This document shows, in pieces, positions 34,216 through 44,879 of a stretch of 64,000 nt of DNA. Source of the stretch: Actinomycetota bacterium (GTDB lineage Bacteria > Actinomycetota > Acidimicrobiia > Acidimicrobiales > JAJPHE01); contig JAJPHE010000072.1 in the NCBI GenBank assembly GCA_021325435.1, forward strand, positions 1,666 to 65,665, read 5' to 3'. Position 1 is the first letter of the stretch; each line of letters starts with the position of its first letter. Made by a program: the position numbers and the translations under genes. Below the pieces are notes generated by a model. The model saw only the letters and a program-made list of their open reading frames with translations. It had not been told where the DNA came from and searched no databases.

Positions 34216-36207
34216 ATGCCGGGCCAGATCACCGTGTCGCTACCCGACGGCTCCTCGCGCACCCTTGACGCCGGGGCCACCGCGGCCGACCTGGCCCAGT
34301 CGATAGGACGCCGTCTCGCCCGCGCCGCCGTAGCCGCCGTGGTGGACGGCGCAGAGGTCGACCTGGCCCGTCCGCTGCCGGACGGAGCCAAGGTCGAGAT
34401 CGTCACCAACGAGACCCCTGCCGGGCGCACCGTGCTGCGACACTCGGCCGCCCACGTCCTCGCCCAGGCGGTGCTGCGCCTCTGGCCCGGCGCCCACTTC
34501 GCCATCGGTCCGCCCATCGCCGACGGCTTCTACTACGACTTCGAGCTGCCCGGCGGGGCCCGGTTCAGCGAGGAGGACCTGGGCCGCATCGAGGAGGAGA
34601 TGCGTCGCATCGCCGCCGAGGACCAGACCTTCCACCGCGAGGAGCACACCATCGCCGAGGGCTTGGAGATCTTCTCCGATCAGCCCTACAAGTCCGAGAT
34701 CATCCGGGCGGTGGCCGAGGGCGCCGCGGGGGAGGAGGACGCGGGCGAGCTCGCCGGGGCAGGGGAGCGCCCGGTCAGCGTCTACGCCAACGACGGAGGG
34801 TTCGTCGACCTGTGCCGCGGCCCCCATGTTCCGTCGACCGGCCGTCTCGCCCACTTCAAGCTGATGCGGGTGGCGGGGGCCTACTGGCGAGGCGACGAGC
34901 ACCGCCCCCAGCTCCAGCGCATCTACGGAACGGCGTGGGAGTCCTCCGCCGCCCTGGCCGAGCACCTGCACCGCCTGGAGGAGGCGGAAAAGCGCGACCA
35001 CCGACGCCTCGGAGTCGAGCTCGACCTCTTCTCCTTCCCCGACGAGATCGGCTCCGGCCTGGCCGTGTTCCACCCCAAGGGGGGCCTGGTCCGCAAGGTG
35101 ATGGAGGACTACTCGCGGCGCCGGCACGAGGAAGCCGGCTACTCCTTCGTCAACTCCCCGCACATCACCCGCTCGGACCTGTTCGAGATCTCCGGGCACC
35201 TCGACTGGTTCGCCGACGCCATGTACCCGCCCATGGAGCTCGACGAGGGGCACCGGTACTACCTGAAGCCGATGAACTGCCCCTTCCACATCCTCATCTA
35301 CCGGAGCCGGCAGCGCTCCTACCGCGAGCTTCCCATGAGGTTGTTCGAGTTCGGCAGCGTCTACCGCTACGAGAAGTCAGGTGTGGTGCACGGCCTCACC
35401 CGGGTGCGGGGCATGACGCAGGACGACGCCCACATCTTCTGCACCCGCGACCAGATGGCGGCGGAGCTGCGCTCACTGCTCGTGTTCGTCCTCGACCTGC
35501 TGCGCGACTACGGGCTGTCGGACTTCTATCTCGAGCTGTCCACCAGGCCCGAAGGCAAGGCCGTCGGCACCAACGAGGAGTGGGAGGAGGCCACCGAGAC
35601 GCTGCGAACGGTGGCGTCCACCATGGACCTCGACCTGGTGATGGACGAGGGGGGCGGAGCCTTCTACGGACCGAAGATCTCGGTGCAGGCCCGCGACGCC
35701 ATCGGCCGCACCTGGCAGATCTCCACCATCCAGCTCGACTTCCAGCTGCCGCAGCGCTTCCAGCTCGAGTACGTGGGAGCGGACAACAGCCGCCACCGGC
35801 CCATCATGATCCACCGGGCCCTGTTCGGCTCGGTGGAGCGGTTCTTCGCCGTGCTGCTCGAGCACTACGGGGGCGCCCTGCCCGCCTGGCTGTCACCGGT
35901 CCAGGCCCGGGTCCTGCCCGTGCGCGACGACCACGAAGGCTACGCCGAGGCGGTCGCCGACCGGCTTCGCTCCGAGGGGCTCCGGGTCGACACCGCCGGG
36001 GCCAGCGAGCCCCTAGGGGCCCGCATCCGCAAGGCGAAGCTGGAGAAGCTGCCGTACGTGCTGGTCGTCGGGGACGACGATGTGGCGGCGGGCACGGTGG
36101 GCGTGAACCGCCGAGGATCGGAGCGACCCGAGCGCGGCGTCGACGTCGGGCCCTTCGCCGCCGCCCTCGCCGAGGACGTGGCCCGGCGCGACCCCGGCCC
36201 TCGGTGA
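34216..36207 (+). CDS. thrS: Threonine--tRNA ligase
   Basis: TGS domain [13 protein letters not shown].... Also [12 protein letters not shown]...[37 protein letters not shown]-terminal anticodon domain [11 protein letters not shown]. Confidence 0.95.
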   Translation: MPGQITVSLPDGSSRTLDAGATAADLAQSIGRRLARAAVAAVVDGAEVDLARPLPDGAKVEIVTNETPAGRTVLRHSAAHVLAQAVLRLWPGAHFAIGPPIADGFYYDFELPGGARFSEEDLGRIEEEMRRIAAEDQTFHREEHTIAEGLEIFSDQPYKSEIIRAVAEGAAGEEDAGELAGAGERPVSVYANDGGFVDLCRGPHVPSTGRLAHFKLMRVAGAYWRGDEHRPQLQRIYGTAWESSAALAEHLHRLEEAEKRDHRRLGVELDLFSFPDEIGSGLAVFHPKGGLVRKVMEDYSRRRHEEAGYSFVNSPHITRSDLFEISGHLDWFADAMYPPMELDEGHRYYLKPMNCPFHILIYRSRQRSYRELPMRLFEFGSVYRYEKSGVVHGLTRVRGMTQDDAHIFCTRDQMAAELRSLLVFVLDLLRDYGLSDFYLELSTRPEGKAVGTNEEWEEATETLRTVASTMDLDLVMDEGGGAFYGPKISVQARDAIGRTWQISTIQLDFQLPQRFQLEYVGADNSRHRPIMIHRALFGSVERFFAVLLEHYGGALPAWLSPVQARVLPVRDDHEGYAEAVADRLRSEGLRVDTAGASEPLGARIRKAKLEKLPYVLVVGDDDVAAGTVGVNRRGSERPERGVDVGPFAAALAEDVARRDPGPR

Positions 36208-36701
36208 GCCTCGAGCGGCTGTGGGCCGGCTGGCGCAGCGAGTACGTGTCCTCCGCCGCGGTGGACGACGGCGATGACTGCGTCCTGTGCCGCATCGCCG
36301 GCTCCGACGACGACCGGGCGGCTCACGTGGTGTGGAGGGGAGAGGTCGCCCTGGCCGTGCTGAACGCCTACCCCTACACCAGCGGGCACCTCATGGTCAT
36401 GCCCCGCCGCCACGTGGGCGAGCTGGAGGCGCTGGACGAGGAGGAGGCCGCCGAGGTGTGGCGCGCCCTGTCGGATGCGGTGCGGGCCATCCGCCAGGCG
36501 TACCAGCCCGACGGGCTCAACGTGGGGGCGAACCTGGGACGGGTGGCCGGCGCCGGGGTGCCCGGACACTTCCATCTGCACGTGCTGCCCCGCTGGAGCG
36601 GCGACACGAACTTCATGACGGCGGTGGCCGAGGCCCGGGTGCTCCCCGAGGCGCTGCCGGTCAGCTGGGAGCGGCTGCGCAAGGCCTGGCCGCCCGCCTG
36701 A
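36204..36701 (+). CDS. HIT-family protein (Ap4A-phosphorylase-like, Rv2613c-like)
   Basis: GTGA overlap with thrS. CVLCRI...[18 protein letters not shown]...[20 protein letters not shown]. Confidence 0.85.
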   Translation: MSLERLWAGWRSEYVSSAAVDDGDDCVLCRIAGSDDDRAAHVVWRGEVALAVLNAYPYTSGHLMVMPRRHVGELEALDEEEAAEVWRALSDAVRAIRQAYQPDGLNVGANLGRVAGAGVPGHFHLHVLPRWSGDTNFMTAVAEARVLPEALPVSWERLRKAWPPA

Positions 36702-36705
36702 GGGG

Positions 36706-38763
36706 TCAGTCCTCCTTCTTGGCCACCTTGTCGTAGAGGTGCTGGGGGAGGGCGTCGTAGTGGTCGTGGGTGGTGGTGAACCGCCCCCAACCGCCGGTCA
36801 GGGAACGCAGGTCGATGGCGTAGCGCAGCAGCTCCGAGGTGGGCACCAGCGCCCTGATCACCTGCTCGCCCGTCGGTGTGGTCTCGGTGCCCTGCACCCG
36901 GCCCCGCCGGGCGTTGAGATCTCCCATCACGTCGCCCTGGTAGGCGGCCGGCACCACCACCTCCAGGGCGGAGATCGGCTCCAGGATGATGGGGCCGGCC
37001 TTGGCCATGGCCTCCTTGAATCCCAGCGAGCCGGCCATCTTGAAGCTCATCTCCGAGGAGTCGACCGGGTGGTATTTGCCGTCGAAGCAGGTGACGGTCA
37101 CGTCGACCACCGGGTATCCGTAGTGGCCGCCCTGGGCCATCGTCTCGGCGATGCCCTTCTCCACCGCCGGGATGAACTGACGGGGGATGGCGCCCCCCAC
37201 GATCTGGTCGACGAAGCTGAACCCGGCACCCCGTTCCGCCGCATCGATGCGCAGGCTGGCCACCCCGAACTGGCCGTGGCCGCCGGTCTGCTTCTTGTAC
37301 TTCCCCTCGGCCTCCGCCGTCTTGGTGATGGTCTCGCGGTAGGGGACCTGGACCGGCTCGGACTCGACCTCCACGCCGAACTTGCGCTGCAGGCGCTCGG
37401 TGACGATCGACAGGTGGGTCTCGCCCATGCCGGCGAGCAGGGTCTGGTGGGTCTCGTCCTCCCGTCGCACCTGCAGGGCCGGGTCCTCCTCCTGCAGACG
37501 GTGCAGGGCGGTCATCAGCTTGTCCTCGTCACCCTTGGACTTGGGCCTGATGGCGATCGACAGCACCGGCGTCGGCGAGGGAATGGCCTCGACCGTGACG
37601 GGAGTGCCTTTGGGGGCCAGGGTGTCACCGGTGGCCGTGTCGGAGAGCTTGGACACCGCGCCGATGTCGCCGGCGGGCAGCTCGGACACCTGGACCTGCT
37701 CCTTGCCCCTCAGGGTGAACAGGGAATGGAGACGCTCGTCGGCGTGGCTGCGCGGATTGGTGAGAACGGCGTCCGGGCGGATGGTGCCCGACAGGACCTT
37801 GAAGATCGACACCTTGCCCACGTACGGGTCGGCGAGGGTCTTGAAGACATAGGCCAGCGGGTCGCCGCCCGGGTCGCACGCCACCTCGTGGGTCGACCCC
37901 CCGGCCTGGACGCTCACCCCGGGTCGGTCCGAGGGTGACGGGCCGATCTCGCAGATGAACGTCGCCAGCCGGTCGATGGCGACCCCCTTGGTCGCCGACC
38001 CGCACACCACGGGGAAGACGGTGGCCGCCGCCACCCCCTTGGCCAGGGTGTCCTCGAGCTCCTTGGGGTCGGGCACGTCCCCTTCCAGGTAGCGCTCCAT
38101 CAGGGCGTCGTCGGCGACGACGATGCCCTCCACCAGCGCCTCGCGCACCTGGTGCTCCGACGCCTCCATGTCCGCCGGGATGGCCCCGGTGGACGGGGCG
38201 CCGCCGTCGTAGGTGATGGCGGTGTCGGTCAGCAGGTCCGCCACGCCCCGGAACGCCGCCTCCTCACCGATGGGAAGCTCCAGCGGGGCGACCCCGGCCC
38301 CGAACACCTCGCGCAGCTGGTCGAGGGTGCGCTCGAAGCTGGCCCGCTCGCGGTCGAGCTTGTTGACGAAGATCATCCGGGGGATGCCGCGCTCGGCGGC
38401 CATCCTCCAGGCCACCTGGGTCTGGACCTCCACGCCCTCCACCGCGCTGACGACGAACACCGCCAGGTCGGTCACCGACAGGGCGGCCTCGACGTCGTAG
38501 ACGAAGTCGGCGTAGCCGGGGCAGTCGATGAGGTTGATCTTGTGCCCGGCGAACTCGAAAGGGGCGAGGGCCAGCGACAGTGATATGCCCCGTTTGACCT
38601 CCTCGGGGTCGAAGTCGGTGGTGGTGGACCCGTCCTCGACCCGGCCCTGGCGGTTGATGGTGCCCGAGCACAGCAGCAGCGCCTCGGTAAGGGTCGTCTT
38701 ACCGGCGCCACCGTGGCCCACCAGAGCGACGTTTCGGATCCTGGCCGGGGGGAAGCTCTGCAC
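36706..38763 (-). CDS. Elongation factor G paralogue (EF-G2-like GTPase)
   Basis: RNVALVGHGGAGKTTLTEALL...DCPGYADF...NKLDRE. Domains II-V follow (685 aa). GAGGTG RBS 8 nt upstream of the GTG. Confidence 0.9.
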   Translation of the reverse strand: MQSFPPARIRNVALVGHGGAGKTTLTEALLLCSGTINRQGRVEDGSTTTDFDPEEVKRGISLSLALAPFEFAGHKINLIDCPGYADFVYDVEAALSVTDLAVFVVSAVEGVEVQTQVAWRMAAERGIPRMIFVNKLDRERASFERTLDQLREVFGAGVAPLELPIGEEAAFRGVADLLTDTAITYDGGAPSTGAIPADMEASEHQVREALVEGIVVADDALMERYLEGDVPDPKELEDTLAKGVAAATVFPVVCGSATKGVAIDRLATFICEIGPSPSDRPGVSVQAGGSTHEVACDPGGDPLAYVFKTLADPYVGKVSIFKVLSGTIRPDAVLTNPRSHADERLHSLFTLRGKEQVQVSELPAGDIGAVSKLSDTATGDTLAPKGTPVTVEAIPSPTPVLSIAIRPKSKGDEDKLMTALHRLQEEDPALQVRREDETHQTLLAGMGETHLSIVTERLQRKFGVEVESEPVQVPYRETITKTAEAEGKYKKQTGGHGQFGVASLRIDAAERGAGFSFVDQIVGGAIPRQFIPAVEKGIAETMAQGGHYGYPVVDVTVTCFDGKYHPVDSSEMSFKMAGSLGFKEAMAKAGPIILEPISALEVVVPAAYQGDVMGDLNARRGRVQGTETTPTGEQVIRALVPTSELLRYAIDLRSLTGGWGRFTTTHDHYDALPQHLYDKVAKKED

Positions 38764-38900
38764 TGGTCAAGCACCTCGCTCTCGACGATTCCCCCGGGCC
38801 CGACGGTCTCGGCCTCGACCCAGGGCCACTGGTCCCGCCAGAGTACCGACCACCGATGGTAGGTTGAAGGGCGAGACGACGCCCTCACCAGGAGCTTCCA

Positions 38901-39653
38901 TTGTTCGACGGACGCTGGCGGGCCGGCGTTGACCGCGGCACCAAGCCGCTCGGCACGGCTCTCCAACGCACTGGTATCACCGCCAACCAGCTGACCGCCG
39001 TCGGCCTGGTCGTCGCGCTGGCTGCCGCCTGGGCCATCGGCAGCGGCCATCTCCTGGTCGGGCTGGTCCTGGTCGTCGGCGCCGCCGTGCCCGACCTGCT
39101 CGACGGACCCGTCGCCAAGGCGTCGGGCACCACGTCACGCCGAGGGGCCTTCCTCGACTCGGTGACCGACCGGGTCACCGACGCCCTCCTGCTCGGGGGG
39201 GTGGCCTGGTACCTGGGCTCGACCCGGGGCCCCCACGCCCCGCTTTTGGCCTTCGCCGTGTTCGGGGCGGCGTCGCTCGTCTCCTACGAGCGGTCCAAGG
39301 CCGAGTCCCTGGGGTTCCAGGCCAAGGGCGGCCTCATGGAGCGGGCCGAACGGATCGTCGCCCTGTCGATCGGCCTGCTGGTCCCGGTGCTGCTCGTTCC
39401 CGCCCTGTGGGTCATGCTGGCCCTGAGCCTCATCACCGCCGTCCAGCGTTTCGCGAAGGTGTGGCGCCAGAGCGGGCCGGCCAGCGCCGGGCGCGACCTG
39501 CAGCCCCGCTGGACCATGGCGGCGGTGGAGGCCCGCTGGAGGGCCCGGCGCGAGGCGCTGACCGCCGGCCGCCGAGCCGGCGTCGACCGGCGCTTCCGGG
39601 TCCGCCGCCAGCCGGCGCGGGGCGGTCGCCACCGGGCCCGCACCCGCCCCTAG
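38901..39653 (+). CDS. pgsA: CDP-alcohol phosphatidyltransferase (phosphatidylinositol-phosphate synthase, PgsA1-like)
   Basis: TTG start with AGGAG 6 nt upstream. DLLDGPVAKASGTTSRRGAFLDSVTDRVTD matches the D-x2-D-G-x2-A-R...G-x3-D-x3-D motif. Arg-rich C-terminal tail. Confidence 0.85.
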   Translation: MFDGRWRAGVDRGTKPLGTALQRTGITANQLTAVGLVVALAAAWAIGSGHLLVGLVLVVGAAVPDLLDGPVAKASGTTSRRGAFLDSVTDRVTDALLLGGVAWYLGSTRGPHAPLLAFAVFGAASLVSYERSKAESLGFQAKGGLMERAERIVALSIGLLVPVLLVPALWVMLALSLITAVQRFAKVWRQSGPASAGRDLQPRWTMAAVEARWRARREALTAGRRAGVDRRFRVRRQPARGGRHRARTRP

Positions 39654-39668
39654 GCGTCACCGGCCCGC

Positions 39669-40562
39669 TTGGCCTTCGCCGAGGACCGCACCTACTACCT
39701 CTACCGCGCCCTTTTCGCGGTGGGCCGGTACCTGCCCCGGCCTGTCGCCACGGCCCTGGCCCACAGCAGCGGACTGGTGTCGGCCGCCACCATGGCCGGG
39801 CGGCGCCAGCTCATCACCCGACACCTGGACCGGGCCACCGGCGGCCTGGCCGAGCCGGACCGCCAGCGGGCCGTCAGGCAGGCGTTCCTCTCCTACGCCC
39901 ACTACTGGCTGGAGTCGGCCCGGGCGACCGGCGCCTCGGCCGAGGAGCTCGACACCCGGACCTCCTACGAGGGTCTCGACCACATCGACGCCGCTCTGGC
40001 CGCCGGCAGGGGGGCGATCCTCGCCCTGCCCCACCTCGGCACTTGGGACTCCGGGGGCGCCTTCCTGGCGTCGATCGGCTACCCGCTGACCGTCGTGGTC
40101 GAGCCCATCCGGCCCCAGCGGCTGTTCGACTGGTTCGCGGCCATGCGGGCCTCGCTCGGGCTCGAGGTGGTGCCGCTCGGTCCGACGGCGGTGGCGGCGG
40201 TCACCCGCCGGTTGCGCCAGGGCGGCCTCGTCGCCCTGGTCAGCGACCGCGACCTGGCCGGAACCGGCGTCGAGGTGGAGTTCTTCGGGGAACGGACCCG
40301 CCTTCCCGGCGGGGCGGCGACCCTGGCCCTGCGGACCGGCGCCGCCCTCCTGCCGGTGGCCGTCTATCTGCAGCCCAAAGGCCGGATGCACGCCGTCGTC
40401 CGCCCGGCGCTGCCGGTGGCCCGTCAGGCGACCCTGCGCGAGGACGTCGTACGGGTCACCCAGGCCCTCGCCGCCGCCATGGAGGAGCTCATCCGCGCCC
40501 ACCCGGAGCAGTGGCACCTCTTCCAACCGAACTGGCCGTCGGACCCCGGGTACCGGGGCTGA
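39669..40562 (+). CDS. Lauroyl/myristoyl (LpxL/HtrB-family) acyltransferase, PatA-like PIM acyltransferase
   Basis: AILALPHLGTWDSGG (HX4D). Also LVSDRDLAGTGVEVEFFGERTRLPGGAATLA...HPEQWHLFQPNW. Position between pgsA and pimA matches mycobacteria. Confidence 0.8.
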   Translation: MAFAEDRTYYLYRALFAVGRYLPRPVATALAHSSGLVSAATMAGRRQLITRHLDRATGGLAEPDRQRAVRQAFLSYAHYWLESARATGASAEELDTRTSYEGLDHIDAALAAGRGAILALPHLGTWDSGGAFLASIGYPLTVVVEPIRPQRLFDWFAAMRASLGLEVVPLGPTAVAAVTRRLRQGGLVALVSDRDLAGTGVEVEFFGERTRLPGGAATLALRTGAALLPVAVYLQPKGRMHAVVRPALPVARQATLREDVVRVTQALAAAMEELIRAHPEQWHLFQPNWPSDPGYRG

Positions 40563-40581
40563 GGCGGCGTACCGTTCGGTC

Positions 40582-41654
40582 GTGCGCATCGCGCAGGTAT
40601 GCCCCTACAGCCTGACCGTGCCCGGCGGCGTGCAGGGGCAGGTGACGGGGCTGGCCCGCAGCCTGCGGTCCCTCGGACATCACGTGGTTGTGCTCGGCCC
40701 GTGCGACGGGCCGCCCCCGGAGCCTGGCGTCCGGCCACTCGGTCGTTCCATCCCGCTGGCCGCCAACGGCTCGGTCGCCCCGATCGCCCCCGACGTGGCC
40801 TGCGCCCTGCGGACCATCGCCGCCCTGGCCGACGAGCACTTCGACGTGGTCCACCTGCACGAGCCGCTGGTGCCGGGTCCGACGTTGACCGGGCTCCTCT
40901 ACCGCGACGGGCCGGTCGTCGGCACCTTTCACATGGCCGGGGCCAGCGCCGCCTACCGGATGCTCCGCCCCCTGTTGGCCCGGTGGGCCGACCGGCTCAC
41001 CCTGCGCTGTGCCGTCTCGCAGGACGCCATCTACACCGCCCGCCAGGCACTGGGGGGCCGGTACGAGCTGGTGTTCAACGCCATCGACACCCTGCCCTTC
41101 GCCAAGGCCACGCCCACGCCGACAGCGGGGCCGACCGTGTTCTTCATCGGCGCCACGAGCCCCGCAAGGGCCTGGCCGTCCTTTTGCGAGCCTTCGCCTC
41201 CCTGCCAGCGGACACCCGGCTGTGGATCGCCAGCGACGGCCCCCAGACCGCCGAGCTGCTCGCCGAGCACGGTGGTGACCCGAGGATCGAGTGGCTGGGG
41301 CGGATCGACGACGGGGAACGGGCGGCCCGGATGCGGGGGGCCGACGTGGTCTGCGCCCCGTCGATTCACGGAGAGTCGTTTGGGGTGGTCCTCCTCGAGG
41401 CCATGGCGGCCGGAACCCCGGTCGTGGCCAGCGACCTGCCCGGCTACCGCACCGTGGCGACCGACGGAGTCGATGCCGTCCTGGTCCCACCCGGGGATGC
41501 CGGGGCCCTCGCCGAAGGGCTCCGAGCGGTGCTCGGCGACCGGCGCCTGGCCGAGGCGCTCAGCGCCGCTGGTGAGGCCCGGGCCGCCGAGCTGTCGATG
41601 GACCGCCTGGCCGAGCGCTACCTCGACCTGTTCGCCTCGCTGCTCGCCGGCTGA
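40582..41654 (+). pseudogene. pimA: GT4 phosphatidylinositol mannosyltransferase (PimA-like) interrupted by a 1-nt deletion-type frameshift near 41150
   Basis: N-terminal half in the frame of 40582: MRIAQVCPYSLTVPGGVQGQV...HLHEP...GPTVFFIG. C-terminal half in the frame of track ORF 40599..41654: RHEPRKGLAVLLRAF...GESFGVVLLEAMAAGTPVVASD. The DNA reads ATCGGCGCCACGAG where ATCGGCCGCCACGAG would give the conserved FFIGRHEPRKG. Confidence 0.8.
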
Positions 41655-41692
41655 GGGGCCCGAGGCGCGAAGCTGTTGGAGGTGAGACCCCT

Positions 41693-42502
41693 GTGAGCCG
41701 GCAGATGGCGACCGAGATCCCTTCTCCCTACGCCTTCCACCCCGGCTCCGTCGCCCGCAACCGGCGGCGGGCGATGGCCCTGGTGGCCGGGGCCGCCGCC
41801 ATGCCGGCCCTGGTCCTACTGGCGGTGGTCGCCCTGGCCTGGTCGGCGGCGGTGGGCGTGGTCGCCGGGGCGGTCCTCGCCACCGCCCTCAGCGTCTGGC
41901 TGTGGCGGGCCGGCCCCCGAGCGGTGATCGGGAGACTCGACGGCGCACCGGCCGACCCCGTGGTCCACGCCCGCCTGCACAACCTGGTGGAGAGCCTGTG
42001 TGCCGCCGCCGGGCTCTCGAAGCCCGAGCTGCTGGTGGTGAGGGCCCCGGCGGCCAACGCCCTGTCGGTAGGGCACGGCCCGAGCGACGCCACCCTGGTC
42101 GTCACCGAGGGCCTGCTCACCCGGCTGACCCGGGTGGAGCTCGAAGCCATCCTGGCCCACGAGCTCTCCCACGTCCGCAAGGGGGAGGTGGCGGTGGCCG
42201 CCGCCGCCGCCGTCACCATCGCCCCGTTGATGCGGGTGGTGCCGACTCTGGTCACCCCCCTCGGCCGCCGCCTGGTCGGCGGGCGCGAGGCCGACGCCGA
42301 TCTGGCCGCCGTTGGGCTCACCAGGTACCCCCCGGGGTTGATCGGGGCCCTGGAGAAGATGCGCTCGCCCCGCATGCCCCCTTCCTCGCCCGGGGTGGAC
42401 CTGCTGTGGGCGGTGCCCCCCTCGGGCGCCATCTCCGGTCAGGTCGAGGCGGCGGTGGCCGACCCGCTCGAATCTCGACTCCAGACCCTGCGCGAGCTCT
42501 GA
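41693..42502 (+). CDS. M48-family zinc metalloprotease (HtpX-like), membrane-anchored
   Basis: Two N-terminal TM helices and HELSHV (HExxH). GGAGG RBS 10 nt upstream of the GTG. Confidence 0.8.
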   Translation: MSRQMATEIPSPYAFHPGSVARNRRRAMALVAGAAAMPALVLLAVVALAWSAAVGVVAGAVLATALSVWLWRAGPRAVIGRLDGAPADPVVHARLHNLVESLCAAAGLSKPELLVVRAPAANALSVGHGPSDATLVVTEGLLTRLTRVELEAILAHELSHVRKGEVAVAAAAAVTIAPLMRVVPTLVTPLGRRLVGGREADADLAAVGLTRYPPGLIGALEKMRSPRMPPSSPGVDLLWAVPPSGAISGQVEAAVADPLESRLQTLREL

Positions 42503-42555
42503 GCTCCGTCGGACCGCCGCCTGGCAAAGGGGTCGGGAACCAGGGGTGTGACCGA

Positions 42556-42561
42556 TAGAAT
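42556..42561 (+). promoter_or_regulatory. -10 hexamer TAGAAT, 6 nt upstream of GTG 42568 (leaderless-type)
   Basis: Best -10 match in the window; no SD. Confidence 0.5.
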
Positions 42562-42567
42562 CGGGTC

Positions 42568-43482
42568 GTGGCCCCCGAAGCGCAACCCGGCACCGCCAAC
42601 CCCGAACACGCCCGCGGCACGGCCCGGGTGAAGCGGGGCCTGGCCGAGATGCTCCGGGGCGGGGTGATCATGGACGTGGTCACCGCCGAGCAGGCCAAGA
42701 TCGCCGAGGACGCCGGCGCGGTGGCCGTCATGGCCCTCGAGCGGGTACCGGCCGACATCCGCCGCGACGGGGGCGTGGCCCGCATGAGCGACCCGGCCCT
42801 GATCGAAGGCATCCAGCAGGCCGTCACCATCCCGGTGATGGCCAAGGCCCGCATCGGCCACTTCGCCGAGGCCCAGGTCCTCGAGAGCCTCGGGGTCGAC
42901 TACGTGGACGAGAGCGAGGTGCTCACCCCGGCCGACGAGGCCCACCACATCGACAAGTGGGCCTTCACCGTCCCGTTCGTGTGCGGCGCCACCAACCTGG
43001 GCGAGGCCCTGCGGCGGGTTTCTGAGGGCGCCGCCATGATCCGGTCCAAGGGCGAGGCCGGCACGGGCAACATCGTGGAAGCGGTGCGTCACCTGCGCTC
43101 CATCCTCGGAGACATCCGCCGCCTGACCCAGGCCGACTCGGCCGAGCGTTACGGGTGGGCCAAGGAGCTGCGGGCCCCCATCGGCCTGGTCGAGGAGGTC
43201 GCCGAGGCCGGATGCCTGCCGGTGCCCCTGTTCTGCGCCGGAGGCATCGCCACCCCGGCCGACGCCTCTCTGGTCATGCAGCTGGGCGCTGAGGCGGTCT
43301 TCGTCGGGTCGGGCATCTTCAAGTCGGAGGATCCGGCTCGCCGGGCGAGGGCCATCGTCGAGGCGACCACCCACTTCCGCGACCCCGCCATCGTGGCCAA
43401 GGTCAGCAAGGGCCTCGGCACCGCCATGCCCGGCCTCGAGGTCGACGGTCTCGAGGTCAAACTGGCCGACCGGGGCTGGTAG
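42568..43482 (+). CDS. pdxS: Pyridoxal 5'-phosphate synthase, lyase subunit
   Basis: [56 protein letters not shown]...[10 protein letters not shown]...GEAGTGN. Confidence 0.95.
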   Translation: MAPEAQPGTANPEHARGTARVKRGLAEMLRGGVIMDVVTAEQAKIAEDAGAVAVMALERVPADIRRDGGVARMSDPALIEGIQQAVTIPVMAKARIGHFAEAQVLESLGVDYVDESEVLTPADEAHHIDKWAFTVPFVCGATNLGEALRRVSEGAAMIRSKGEAGTGNIVEAVRHLRSILGDIRRLTQADSAERYGWAKELRAPIGLVEEVAEAGCLPVPLFCAGGIATPADASLVMQLGAEAVFVGSGIFKSEDPARRARAIVEATTHFRDPAIVAKVSKGLGTAMPGLEVDGLEVKLADRGW

Positions 43483-43512
43483 CGGTGGGCGAACGACGCG
43501 AGGTGCCGCCAG

Positions 43513-44094
43513 GTGAAGGTAGGCGTCCTCGCCCTGCAGGGTGACGTCAGGGAGCACCGGGCCGCCCTACTAGAGGCGGGCGCCGACCCCGTCGAGGTGA
43601 GGCGCCCCGACGACCTGTCCGCGGTGGACGCCATCGTCCTTCCTGGGGGGGAGTCGACGACCCTGTCCATGCTCCTCGAGAGCTCAGGGGTGGGTGACGC
43701 GCTGTCGGCGTCGCTGGCCGAGGGCCTTCCGGCCTTCGGCACCTGCGCCGGCATGATCCTGCTGGCCCGCCAGGTGGTGGGGGGCCGGCCCGACCAGCGC
43801 AGCTTCGGTGTGGTCGACATCACCGTGCGCCGCAACGGCTTCGGCCGCCAGGTGCAGTCCTTCGAGTGCGACCTCGCCGTCGAGGGGACCGGTCCGGTGC
43901 GGGCGGTGTTCATCCGCGCTCCTGTCGTCGAGCGGGTCGGGCCCGACGTCGAGGTGCTGGCCACCGTCGACGGCCCCGGCGGCCCGACGCCGGTGCTGTG
44001 CCGCCAGGGCCCGCACGTGGTCTCCTCATTCCATCCCGAGCTGTCCGGCGACCGGAGGATCCATGAGCTGTTCCTCTCCGGTCTGCGTCACTAG
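43513..44094 (+). CDS. pdxT: Pyridoxal 5'-phosphate synthase, glutaminase subunit
   Basis: MKVGVLALQGDVREH...VLPGGESTT...FGTCAGMILLA...SFHPEL. Confidence 0.9.
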   Translation: MKVGVLALQGDVREHRAALLEAGADPVEVRRPDDLSAVDAIVLPGGESTTLSMLLESSGVGDALSASLAEGLPAFGTCAGMILLARQVVGGRPDQRSFGVVDITVRRNGFGRQVQSFECDLAVEGTGPVRAVFIRAPVVERVGPDVEVLATVDGPGGPTPVLCRQGPHVVSSFHPELSGDRRIHELFLSGLRH

Positions 44095-44111
44095 GACGAG
44101 AAAGGCAGACG

Positions 44112-44879
44112 ATGTCCGGTCATTCCAAGTGGGCGACCATCAAGCACAAGAAGGGCGCCCAGGACAAGGCGAGAGGCAAGCTCTTCGCCAAGCTGATCCG
44201 CCAGGTGGAGGTGGCGGCCCGCGAGGGCGGCGGGGACATCAACGCCAACGCCACCCTGCGGACCATGTACAGCAAGGCGAGGGAGGCCTCGGTCCCCCTC
44301 GACACCATCGAACGGGCCATCAAGCGGGGCACCGGCGAGTTGGAGGGCGTCCGTTACGAGGCGGTCAGCTACGAGGGCTACGCCTCCGCCGGGGTGGCGG
44401 TCATCGTCGAGTGCCTGACCGACAACCGCAACCGCACCGGAGCCGACATCCGCAGCCTGTTCAGCCGCAACGGCGGCTCGATGGCCGAGCCAGGCGCGGT
44501 GTCGTGGCAGTTCGAGCGCAAAGGGGTGGTCATCCTGCCCCGGCGCAAGCCCGACGGAGGCGAGGTCACCGAGGACGACCTCATGGTGGTGGCCGTCGAC
44601 GCCGGCGCCGAGGACCTGGCCGACCAGGGCGACACCTGGCAGCTCACCTGCCCGCCCGGCGACCTCGGGCGGCTCCGCTCGGCGCTCGAGGAGGCCGGCG
44701 TTCCCTACGACTCGGCCGAGCTGACCATGCTGCCCACCAACGCCGTGCCCCTCGAGAGCGAGGGTGACGCCCGCAAGGTCCTGCGCCTCGTCGACGCCCT
44801 CGAGGAGCTGGACGACGTCCAGAACGTCTACGCCAACTTCGACATCCCCGATTCCATCCTGGAGCTGGTCGAGGCGTGA
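44112..44879 (+). CDS. yebC: YebC/PmpR-family DNA-binding transcriptional regulator
   Basis: [42 protein letters not shown]... Confidence 0.95.
   Translation: MSGHSKWATIKHKKGAQDKARGKLFAKLIRQVEVAAREGGGDINANATLRTMYSKAREASVPLDTIERAIKRGTGELEGVRYEAVSYEGYASAGVAVIVECLTDNRNRTGADIRSLFSRNGGSMAEPGAVSWQFERKGVVILPRRKPDGGEVTEDDLMVVAVDAGAEDLADQGDTWQLTCPPGDLGRLRSALEEAGVPYDSAELTMLPTNAVPLESEGDARKVLRLVDALEELDDVQNVYANFDIPDSILELVEA

Noticed and set aside
39651-39671. pgsA and the PatA-like gene are in the same reading frame, separated only by TAG plus 15 nt. This could be stop-codon readthrough or a fusion.
   Set aside because: There is no readthrough context or precedent that I know of. The pgsA tail is Arg-rich filler, and the acyltransferase aligns from about its TTG start. 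The frame match is most simply coincidence.
40599-41654. Track ORF 40599..41654 (351 aa) as an independent gene.
   Set aside because: Only its last ~170 aa are protein-like; those are the GT4 C-terminal domain. The first half is out-of-frame pimA. It is merged into the frameshifted pimA call.
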